Virus record (IMG/VR): IMGVR_UViG_3300013093_000020
From: a virus
Length of the DNA stretch: 64,000 bases
Reading direction: 5' to 3' (one strand)
The position numbers and the translations under genes were made by a program. The notes below the pieces were generated by a model. That model ran no database searches. It was given only the letters and a program-made list of their open reading frames with translations, and was not told the DNA's origin. This document shows positions 19,656 to 28,700 of the stretch, piece after piece (position 1 is the stretch's first letter; every line of letters begins with the position of its first letter).

Positions 19656-19778
19656 GTTTTAGTCTCACAGTGGTATTCAATGTATTTATCGAAATACTAG
19701 CTTTACGCTTTATGGCTTTAAGAAAGTGCCAATATTAGATATTTATCTTAGCGTAAGCCCTGTGAGCACTAACACATG

Positions 19779-20477
19779 TTATTTGTAAGTTTTGTCTTGC
19801 CAAAATTCCTTGCGATATCCGCCTATAATATGTGTTTCATGTTGCATACGCTGACGTTCTTGATCTAGCAAATCTTGTTCAGTTTCGCCGACAATTTTAC
19901 TGGTCCAATGATCTCTAGAAAAGGGAATTATTTGACAAAGTGGGTCACCTTTTTTAATTTCTAGGGTGGTGTATTTTTTCATTACAATAATAAAATGTAC
20001 ACGCTGATAAAACACATCGGTGTCAACAACACCTTCGTAGACTTTGTGATTTAGTTCAGGGCGCCATTTAGGATTAGTAATCAGGGTGCTAGTTCCCTCA
20101 CTGGTCTTTATAGTCCAGGGGGTAATAATACGGATAAACACCTTCTCGTCTGTGGAATCAAATTGATATTTTTTACTCATTTCTGGCGAGAAAATATCAA
20201 ACATAGGCGGTTTCCAATTAGTTTCAACCGTATTTTGTCCGTCTTGTTTAAGATGTATGGAAAAATCACACCATGAAGGAACTACATATCCTAGACTAAA
20301 TGCATCTATGATACCAGGACATGTTTTCATAGAAACATTTCCTGCTACCGAGTCATTGTTTTCGTCGGATTTTAATGGCATTTTACTAAACCACTTGGGT
20401 ATAAATGAGTTTGCAGGTACTGGCTCTGGGATAATGCCAATTAATTTTGGATCTGCTCGGAATTCTATTTGGTGCAT
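19779..20477 (-). CDS. Hypothetical protein, possibly dUTPase-like fold
   Basis: KTCPGIIDAFSLGY...W.D...TPW...GVVDTD...IKKGDPLCQIIPF; has its own sigma70 promoter. Confidence 0.7.
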   Translation of the reverse strand: MHQIEFRADPKLIGIIPEPVPANSFIPKWFSKMPLKSDENNDSVAGNVSMKTCPGIIDAFSLGYVVPSWCDFSIHLKQDGQNTVETNWKPPMFDIFSPEMSKKYQFDSTDEKVFIRIITPWTIKTSEGTSTLITNPKWRPELNHKVYEGVVDTDVFYQRVHFIIVMKKYTTLEIKKGDPLCQIIPFSRDHWTSKIVGETEQDLLDQERQRMQHETHIIGGYRKEFWQDKTYK

Positions 20478-20497
20478 GCGTTCTCCACTTTCTTTTT

Positions 20498-20526
20498 ATT
20501 ATATGATATTATCATAATTATGTCAA
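20498..20526 (-). promoter_or_regulatory. Perfect-consensus sigma70 promoter
   Basis: TTGACA-N17-TATAAT on the minus strand, with GGAG before the ATG at 20477. Confidence 0.88.
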
Positions 20527-20541
20527 GAAAATCTAGTCAAT

Positions 20542-20566
20542 AAAAAACCCCACCAAAAGTGGGGTT
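20542..20566 (-). terminator. Rho-independent terminator
   Basis: Minus strand AACCCCAC-TTTTG-GTGGGGTT followed by a T tract. Confidence 0.85.
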
Positions 20567-20584
20567 GTTTATATATAAGAAAAA

Positions 20585-20914
20585 TTAAGCGTAGGTTGCG
20601 TTTTTAAATCTAGCAATTTCGCGAACTAGATATTCATAGCAAACAGTATAAATGTCCTTGGCTTCAAATGTGCTAGGCACATAATAACCATGTTCTTCAA
20701 TAGGTGCATTTCCTGCATCTGCTGATGCTTTATCAATAAATGTTTCAGTTCTAAACTGAATACTGTGTGTACCACGAATAGTAGGTACTGCATCCGGTGT
20801 TAGCGGAGTATTATATGTCGTCTGACGAAATACTTTAACGTCTGTTACACGAGTGTAGCTCTGTGGAGCTGGAACATTAAATCTATTGTCTGACCAATCT
20901 ACGATAAGTGCCAT
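20585..20914 (-). CDS. Small fibre-associated protein, possibly a chaperone
   Basis: 109-aa ORF after the paralogue triplet, with late promoter at 20936-20941. Confidence 0.65.
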   Translation of the reverse strand: MALIVDWSDNRFNVPAPQSYTRVTDVKVFRQTTYNTPLTPDAVPTIRGTHSIQFRTETFIDKASADAGNAPIEEHGYYVPSTFEAKDIYTVCYEYLVREIARFKNATYA

Positions 20915-20948
20915 GTTAAAAATCCTTATATAATTTATTTATCTCTTT

Positions 20949-21566
20949 TTACAGCAGGGCTATTTGGTATTTACCAGTAATACTAGTCACTGGGCTAAAA
21001 TAGTTAGATAGCCATTCTACATCAAATGTTGTTGTAACATACCCACCAAAACTTGCTATTACGGGGTATGTATAGTAGTCAGTATCCACAGTATTTCCGC
21101 TACGGGTTATAGTGCCCAGGCTTAGGGAAGCAGTAGGGCCGCCAGCTACTGAAATTGGATTGTATTGATAAGGAGTCCAATTTCCGCTGGCAGATCCGTC
21201 ACTGTTATAAAAGTAGTCACCAAACCCTGATCCTAGATAGCTGTAACCTCGTATGTAGACTCGGATACTGTTTTGACTCCAGCCGTAGTTAGGTGTGGCT
21301 GTTAATATGGTATATGTACCACTGCCGCTACCGCCCGGGCTTCCGATATTTTTTGTTGCTCTGCGATATACATTTCCGCCACGGGTTATTGAAGGCATTT
21401 CTGTCCAACTGTTGCCAAGACTATATGCAAATGATTGCTGTACATCAGGTACTTGCATCTCGCCAGAACTAGTCCAAGCAAACACCGACCTAGTACCATC
21501 ATTAAATGTAACTGAACTACCGTCACTGGTAACGGTGCCAGGCGTTGATCCTATGTTTAAACTCAT
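20949..21566 (-). CDS. Putative fibre-tip/adhesin protein, paralogue 3 of 3
   Basis: TPNYGWS motif; ends SPVTSITGKYQIALL. Confidence 0.7.
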   Translation of the reverse strand: MSLNIGSTPGTVTSDGSSVTFNDGTRSVFAWTSSGEMQVPDVQQSFAYSLGNSWTEMPSITRGGNVYRRATKNIGSPGGSGSGTYTILTATPNYGWSQNSIRVYIRGYSYLGSGFGDYFYNSDGSASGNWTPYQYNPISVAGGPTASLSLGTITRSGNTVDTDYYTYPVIASFGGYVTTTFDVEWLSNYFSPVTSITGKYQIALL

Positions 21567-21578
21567 AATTAATCTCGT

Positions 21579-22190
21579 TTAATAAAATACTATTTGGTAA
21601 GGTCCGGTAATACTAGTTACTGGACTAAAATTAAACCATTCTACTTCAATACCTCCACCCGCCCATGAAGACATGCTTAACTGTATGCTACAGTTAACGC
21701 GGCTAGCATCGTCATATGCGCTAGTACCGGAGACAGGAGTATTATCTGTAATAGTTGGAGTGTTTAGGCCAACGCCGCCTGACGGTCCTTGTAGCGTAAA
21801 TAATTGACATTTGTAATCGCCGGCAGTTGACGATATCATATACTTGGCCTGCCCGGCGCCTTGATAATAGTTATTGTAAAGTGTAAATGTACAGTAGTAA
21901 GAGGACCATCCATGGTTAGGAGTTATGGCAAACATAGTTTGATTATAACCTGGGGATCCACCACCTGCTAGATTAGTTTTGTACATTTTATATGTAGTAC
22001 CAAAGCCTTTGATTTCAGAAGTTGAATATTGCCAACCATTACCAAATGAACGACTAGTTGGGTACAGGCCAGTAAGTGTCGGCTTGCCTGTTGAATCTGT
22101 TGTGAAGTAATTAGTTGATGCTGAATTAGCAACTGTAAAATTACCGCTACCATTACCGCTTAACGATGCACCATTAATATTAATACTCAT
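21579..22190 (-). CDS. Putative fibre-tip/adhesin protein, paralogue 2 of 3
   Basis: TPNHGWS motif; ends SPVTSITGPYQIVFY. Confidence 0.7.
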   Translation of the reverse strand: MSININGASLSGNGSGNFTVANSASTNYFTTDSTGKPTLTGLYPTSRSFGNGWQYSTSEIKGFGTTYKMYKTNLAGGGSPGYNQTMFAITPNHGWSSYYCTFTLYNNYYQGAGQAKYMISSTAGDYKCQLFTLQGPSGGVGLNTPTITDNTPVSGTSAYDDASRVNCSIQLSMSSWAGGGIEVEWFNFSPVTSITGPYQIVFY

Positions 22191-22203
22191 TGTTTATTTC
22201 CAA

Positions 22204-22827
22204 TTATAGTAAAGCAACTTGCCATTTACCAGTGATACTACTAACAAGGCTTTGCACGTTTTGATCAAATTCTAATTCAACACAAACACCTGAATATGCC
22301 GCCACATTATAAGACAAGGTCACATCATAGTATCCACTATCTGGATAACCACCTACCTGCGTTTGTGTGCCTAGTGTAGGCGCGGTTGATCCTTGATATC
22401 CACCAGTCGGTGTTTGCCATGTGGCAATAGCCTGCGAGTATGAACCGCCGCCGCAGTAGATCAACCAAGAGCCTATGCCTAGCCCGTTATATCGATCGTT
22501 GGTTATTGTCATCTTCATAAAGTATTGAGTCCACCCGTCCGACGGGGTAAATCTAAATATTGGGTAATTTACTGCCGAGCCGCCTGTGGTGAATATTTTA
22601 CTAACACGCATGAGCGTAGGAGTATTACCACCCACATAGTATTCGTCGTGAATATTCCAGCTAGTGCCGCCAGGAGCAGATCTACCAGTGACGTTCCACT
22701 GACCCATGCTAACATCGCCGCTTGAATTAGAAGATAATAATGTTGTGCTTGAACCAGATGCAGTTCCCTGTACCGTAAAACTAGTACTACCGCTGCTCAG
22801 TGTGGTTCCGTTTATGTTAAAAGCCAT
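22204..22827 (-). CDS. Putative fibre-tip/adhesin protein, paralogue 1 of 3
   Basis: TPSDGWT motif; ends SLVSSITGKWQVALL. Confidence 0.7.
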   Translation of the reverse strand: MAFNINGTTLSSGSTSFTVQGTASGSSTTLLSSNSSGDVSMGQWNVTGRSAPGGTSWNIHDEYYVGGNTPTLMRVSKIFTTGGSAVNYPIFRFTPSDGWTQYFMKMTITNDRYNGLGIGSWLIYCGGGSYSQAIATWQTPTGGYQGSTAPTLGTQTQVGGYPDSGYYDVTLSYNVAAYSGVCVELEFDQNVQSLVSSITGKWQVALL

Positions 22828-22921
22828 TTATGCGTACTCCGCTGTATTATAACTATTTATCACTTTAGACTATCATCAAGTTTTCCAGCTGTTAAATATG
22901 CTGTTAATATAGGATCCCAAC

Positions 22922-24436
22922 ATGAAAGTGAATCGAGTCAAAGAAATTTGTATTGTAGGAGGCGGAACTGCTGGCTGGCTTACAGCGGCATTTATCAAGC
23001 GTAATTTGCCCATGATAAATTTAACCTTAATTGAAAGCCCAAATATTCCTACTGTAGGAGTTGGCGAAGCAACCATATTAAACTTTGATAAATTTTTAAA
23101 ATCATGTGGATTTGAAAAAGCAGAATGGATGCAGGCTGCAGATGCTGTATACAAGGCCGGTATTTTTAGTCCTAATTGGCGAGGAAACGACATTAATATT
23201 TGGCATCAATTTAGTCAGACTCCCAAGCAAGATCACTTTACCACAGCAGTTGACCTATTTTACAACACAGATTTCAGTGATGAATCATACTATCAACTAG
23301 CGCAGATGGACTATGATACTTGCGTATTGCACAACAAAATCCCCAATGCCGATCAGATGGCCTTTCACCTAGATGCTGTAAAACTTGCTAACTGGGTTAG
23401 TTCAAAAGTTGCACCCCACATTAAACATTATCAAGAAAATGTTGAAAATGTCGTAGTTGAGGACGGTGTAATATCTAAGATATTTGTCACTAATCTCGGC
23501 GAAGTCACAGCAGATTTGTTTATCGATTGTACTGGATTTAAACGATTGTTGTCTGGAGCCCTTCCTGGCAGTGAGTATGTTAATAAATCTTACTGCTTAC
23601 CTAATAATGCGGCCATTGCAACTCCTGTAGAATATGAAAATCCTGAAACAGAAATGAAACCTTATACCACTGCTCAGGCCATGGAACATGGTTGGATGTG
23701 GAAAACTCCGATTCAGACAAGAATAGGCAGTGGATTGGTCTACAACAGAGATTTGCTTGACGAGCAAGGCGCTATTGATTTGTTTGTACAACACTGGGGA
23801 GAAAAGCGTTTAAAGACTGGTGTTTTTAATCGTATCAAATGGGAACCAGAATACAATGCTTGCAATTGGCGTGGCAATGTTGTTAGTATAGGACTGGCTA
23901 GTGGATTTTTAGAACCCTTAGAAAGTACTGGCCTCGCACTAATCACCGACGGTGTTGTCCTATTGCACAACATGATATCTAAATTATTTTACACACAGAC
24001 CGAACGAGATATTTTTAATAATAGACTAGAACTGTTATACGACGATGCCACTGATTTTGTGGGGCTACATTATATGAATAATCAAAGATCGAGTGTATAC
24101 TGGGATCAAGTCCGTGCTAATTGGCGCCCTAGCGAAACTCTGCAAATGAAAATAGATCTTCATCAGGAAGATCTAACAAGACCTCAAAGCACAAATGATT
24201 ATTTAATATTCGGTCATCACAGCTGGAACATCTGGTTACACAGTGTCGGTATCAAAGGTAAACCGACGCCTATACACACTCCTGTGGTAAAAGACATGTT
24301 GATTAATTTCTATTTAAAACATAACAAGTATCAGCACACTAAATGTCCAACAAATTATGAGATTATGATGCAAAATAAGGAAACTATTCTTCACAAACAG
24401 TTTCCTTATGAGCTTGCTAGCGGATTAAAAGTTTAA
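22922..24436 (+). CDS. Flavin-dependent (tryptophan halogenase family) halogenase
   Basis: VGGGTAGW, GVGEAT, catalytic-position Lys in AVYKAGI, FIDCTGF, GWMWKTP and FLEPLESTG. Confidence 0.9.
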   Translation: MKVNRVKEICIVGGGTAGWLTAAFIKRNLPMINLTLIESPNIPTVGVGEATILNFDKFLKSCGFEKAEWMQAADAVYKAGIFSPNWRGNDINIWHQFSQTPKQDHFTTAVDLFYNTDFSDESYYQLAQMDYDTCVLHNKIPNADQMAFHLDAVKLANWVSSKVAPHIKHYQENVENVVVEDGVISKIFVTNLGEVTADLFIDCTGFKRLLSGALPGSEYVNKSYCLPNNAAIATPVEYENPETEMKPYTTAQAMEHGWMWKTPIQTRIGSGLVYNRDLLDEQGAIDLFVQHWGEKRLKTGVFNRIKWEPEYNACNWRGNVVSIGLASGFLEPLESTGLALITDGVVLLHNMISKLFYTQTERDIFNNRLELLYDDATDFVGLHYMNNQRSSVYWDQVRANWRPSETLQMKIDLHQEDLTRPQSTNDYLIFGHHSWNIWLHSVGIKGKPTPIHTPVVKDMLINFYLKHNKYQHTKCPTNYEIMMQNKETILHKQFPYELASGLKV

Positions 24437-25365
24437 AACTGTACGCCTTTTGGTGGAGCTGTTGATGGATCCACTTCTTGTGTTAAAAATTTATAAACTT
24501 TTCCGTTTTTGTTATTGTACAGAAACAGATCTTCTTCACCTTCAACAATAGTGTAATCACCAATACCATTGCTCAATGCTAAGTCGTTTGTGTAGACTGT
24601 GCCCCAACGCAAACTTGATGTTCCTAGACTTTGTCCGCCTGAACTGTTTGGCACAGGAGCTGATGCCCATTGTCCACTGCTGTTGATTGAAAATGCGCTT
24701 GAATTTCCAACTACTAAACTAGTCAAAGTACCTAGACTAGTAATATTAGGTTGCGATGCAGTTTGTATAGTTCCAGTTAATGGTCCACTTAAACTTGTTG
24801 CCGACAATGCTTGGAAACTCGAACTGCCTGCACTTACTGTCATACCGCTAGTAAAAGTAACAGTACTACTTGCTCCCAAGGTTGTAAAAGATCCAGTAGA
24901 TCCACTAATGGCCATGTTGCTAATAGATCCGGCAGTTGCTGGGCTGATTGTTACAGTGCCAGTTCCTGATGGACTAATAGTAACTGTGGCATTTGCCGGA
25001 CTCAATGTAACAGTACTCGTTGCTGAAATAGTAGTTGCGGCTAGTGCGCCGCCATCTTCATTCAGAATAATGTAGTTTGTACCGTCACTTACTATTGTAA
25101 TAGTAGTACCTGTTGGGAATGTTTGAGTGGAGGTGCCACTAGATGCACCTCCAGCAAATACTCCACTCGGTGTACTAAGTGTTAGTGTACCGGTACTTAC
25201 ATTATAATAAGTCTGTGTCTGGCCAGGATACAATGTTGGGTTTGGCAATGTAACAGTATAAGGAGCGGTGCCGGTTAATTCGGTAAATGCTCCCGAGTTT
25301 GGTGTACTAATATTTGTAGTAGTACTTACACTGGTAGATGCCAAGGATGTATTGTAACGAGCCAT
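24433..25365 (-). CDS. Tail fibre protein sharing its N-terminal ~105 aa with 18606-19655
   Basis: MARYN...TPNSGAFTELTGTAPYTVT...IVSDGTNYIILNEDGG is shared; different C-terminus (LGTSSLRW...IVEGEEDLFLYNNKNGK). Confidence 0.8.
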   Translation of the reverse strand: MARYNTSLASTSVSTTTNISTPNSGAFTELTGTAPYTVTLPNPTLYPGQTQTYYNVSTGTLTLSTPSGVFAGGASSGTSTQTFPTGTTITIVSDGTNYIILNEDGGALAATTISATSTVTLSPANATVTISPSGTGTVTISPATAGSISNMAISGSTGSFTTLGASSTVTFTSGMTVSAGSSSFQALSATSLSGPLTGTIQTASQPNITSLGTLTSLVVGNSSAFSINSSGQWASAPVPNSSGGQSLGTSSLRWGTVYTNDLALSNGIGDYTIVEGEEDLFLYNNKNGKVYKFLTQEVDPSTAPPKGVQF

Positions 25366-25399
25366 ATTATTTTCCTATTTTTAATATTTATCTATTATA

Positions 25400-25735
25400 T
25401 TAGGATGTACTTGTTTCAATACCGTAAACAGTAACGTTAACGCCGGTGTTTGATACCCATACCCAGACATAAGGACTTACGTTTGTGCTGTTAGCTGCAA
25501 CTAGTCCAGTACGCTCAAAGACACCGTTACCAATGATGGTAGTTCCATACTCAATAAATTCCTGAGTAGTCGGTGCGCTTGACGAGTTGCTGATAGCTAA
25601 TCTAACCGTAACCGCTGATGCGTTTGTGTTTGTAAAACTGACGTTAAACACTGAATAGTTATTAGCCGGAACGGTATAAACTAAAGTGTTTGTTGATGCT
25701 GAAGGCGCTGTGTTGCCTAATCTTCCTGTTGCCAT
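25400..25735 (-). CDS. Small beta-rich structural protein
   Basis: NTLVYTVP...VSFTN...VRLAI pattern similar to 48621-48968 and 44945-45541. Confidence 0.7.
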   Translation of the reverse strand: MATGRLGNTAPSASTNTLVYTVPANNYSVFNVSFTNTNASAVTVRLAISNSSSAPTTQEFIEYGTTIIGNGVFERTGLVAANSTNVSPYVWVWVSNTGVNVTVYGIETSTS

Positions 25736-25750
25736 GTTATATAATCTCCA

Positions 25751-28700
25751 TTATCTTTGGAAGAAGAACTGTAATGCCACTGGAGCGCCGTCTATGCCGC
25801 CAGTAAAGTTCATCTTTGCTTTTACAATAATACCAGTACCTTGTATGGTGCTAGTAATTGTGTTTCCTGATACATTTATCGAACCCGATGTTAACGAGTT
25901 AACATTTAATGAGCTCTGACCACCACCAATCTGTGATGTTATGTAACTTCTAATTGCTCGTTGTGTAGGTAATATGTTGTCACTGTTAGCAGTAAAATAC
26001 GGATCTGTTGAGAACTGTGTAATAACTGCTGAACCTGTACCAACGCTTACTGAACCCAATTGCAATGATTGTAAACCTGATAAATTAAATGCGCTAGCAT
26101 TCAATGTTGCTGTACCTGTTGCCTGTTGAACTGCAAACAAGTTACCGACGTTGAAGTTACCGTCTTGGTCAGTACTTGTAAAGAACACACGACCACCATA
26201 ACTACTTAATGTTTGATTTGACTGTATTGCAGAAGCAATGTTTACATTAGGATAGTTTGTGGTTGTTTGATTTCCGGTACCAATGTACAAGAAGTCATGT
26301 CCAGTTAAACGAACCTGGCTATACTTCAGGCGTGTTGTAATTTGTGTTCCGTGTGCTGGAGCCAAATACACACTTAATGCAGGGTTAATCTGGAATGTTG
26401 CTGAATAATTACCTAAAGAACCTACTAAATTATTCACCTGTACTAGTTTGTAGTAACTGGTTGTACCTGTAATAGTAGCAAATGTGACGTTAGCACCCGC
26501 TGTTGGTGCAGAATACAATCCAGTTACATTAACAAAGTTACTTGCCTGATAAATGTCACTGTATCCGTCACCTGCTACTGTTGTTGTAGCAGTGGCATTA
26601 TTGGTACCTCTGTTGCTGAAACTTGGGTTACCAAGAACACCAGTACCTGTTCTAACACGAGTAGGTGCTGTAATAGTTTGGTTAGGATCAGTTATGGTAA
26701 TAATCGGACCTGTAGTGTATGTACCGCCAATACTTGTGGCAGCAGTTAGCGCAGTTCCAGCTGTTGCTGAACTTGTTGTTGATACTGCAAAACTATTGGT
26801 TGTTGCACTTAAACTGCCAGGTACAATATAGTAAATTGTATTAGCTGTTAAACCTGCAGCTGTAGCATTTTGGAATTCTACAGGTTGGCTTACATAAGCA
26901 TTTTCAACTTGATCAACAATTACAATACTTTGTGTAGTTGCATTTACAGTCAATGCTGATGTAGTACCAACTGATGTTGCTGATCCGCCTACAGATGTTG
27001 ATACTGTTAGTGTAGTTCCACTTGCAGAAACAACATAATAAATTGTACCAGCAGTTAAACTACCAACGTTACTTGCAAATGTAATTGGTTGGTTAGCTAC
27101 TACCCCACTAATTGATGCAGAAACTGTAATGTTATTACCGCTTGAACTATTTACAACCATAGTAACTGGAGCATAAGATGTTGTAATTGCACCTTTAGCG
27201 TATCCACTACCTGGTTCGATCATACGAATCTCACTTAGTGCATTGCTTACTACTTTGGTACGAGCCTGTGCTGTTGCGCCTGTGTGTGCGCTAGCAGCTA
27301 CAGTACCACTAGAGTTGCTGACAGCGACAAATAATGGGTTACCGTTGATGTTGCCAAATGTTGCACCTGCCCAGTTTGTCGAACTTCCTGGAGCAGTTCT
27401 AACAGTCCAGTTAATACCTTCTGGACTTGTAGCCCAAACAGTACCTTGTGCTATAGCTAGGAATAATCCTTGACCATATGTAATCTTAGTCCATGTGTTG
27501 CTTGAGCTTAGGATACTTGTCGATGCACCTGAAGCACTTGGTGCTACAGTCCATGTTGTACCATAGTCTAAGCTATATGCAATCTGTCCTGCTGATCCCA
27601 TTGCAACAAAACGACCATTACCGTAAGTTATGCTTACAAATGTAGTATATGATCCGGCAATAGTTCCGCCTGCGGTCCATGTGCTACCGTTATAAACTGA
27701 TGTGACACCTGTTGATGCTAGTGCAACAAACACGCCTGCACCAAACGCAATGCCTACCCAGCTACCGCTACCTAATGTTCCTGGTGCTGTAGAACCCCAA
27801 GTACTACCATCAGTACTGGTAGTTCCGCTTGATGCACCACCGACTGCTACCCATAATGGTGTAGCTGTAATGACACCAAAAGCAATTGATGCAAAGTTGC
27901 TGGCAGGTAATGATGTTGCACTAGCTGTCCAAGAACTACCTAATCCAAGACCTGTAACAGTTTGGTATGCGGCATTAGTGCTTGCACCTGAAATTGCCAC
28001 AAATTTAGCATTTGTGTCAGTTATAGTTATCAACGGTGTTGTTGTATATCCGTAACCTGCTGTTGAAATTGCAATACTGCTTACGCCTGTGTTGGTTAAT
28101 GTAGGTGTACCAATTGCAGTTGTACCTACATAAGTTAGTGTTGCAGTACCGTTACTTTGTGAACCGCTGGTAAATGATGGGCCAGTTGTTGTAAATGTTC
28201 CGCCAACAGTGGCTTGGTACCAATTCTTAACCCCAGTTGTTACATAGTAGTAGTAGTTGTTTAATGTTGCTGTACCACTAGAAGTCCATGCACTACCAGT
28301 AAATGGATCTGCAATGGTTACTGTAGGATTACTTGAGTAGTTTCTACCCCATGTAGTCATTGTAATTGCTGTTACTACGCTAGTATTAGCTGTAACTGTA
28401 GGTGCGCTTGAATAGTTGCTGCCTGGAATTGTTACAGTAACTGATGTAATTGCACCGTTTAAAACTGCGCAAGTTGCTGTAGCGCCAGAGCCGCCGCCGC
28501 CACTAAACACAATGGTAGGAGTAGTAGTATATCCATATCCGCCAGCATTAATTGTAACGCTGACTACTTGACCTGCACTAGTACCAGTACCTAATACTGC
28601 TGTTAAGCTAGCTGATCCTCCACCTAAACCACCAACGGTTACTGTTGCAGCAGCACCTTGTCCACCACCATAAACAACATCAGTCCATGTTTGACTGCTT

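Noticed and set aside
19653-19778. Invertible promoter as the main explanation of the inverted repeat
   Set aside because: The arms are imperfect, no recombinase is in the window, and the geometry fits start-codon occlusion better.
15672-22827. Diversity-generating retroelement acting on the paralogue triplets
   Set aside because: No reverse transcriptase is in the window, and differences between copies are not adenine-specific template/variable repeat pairs.
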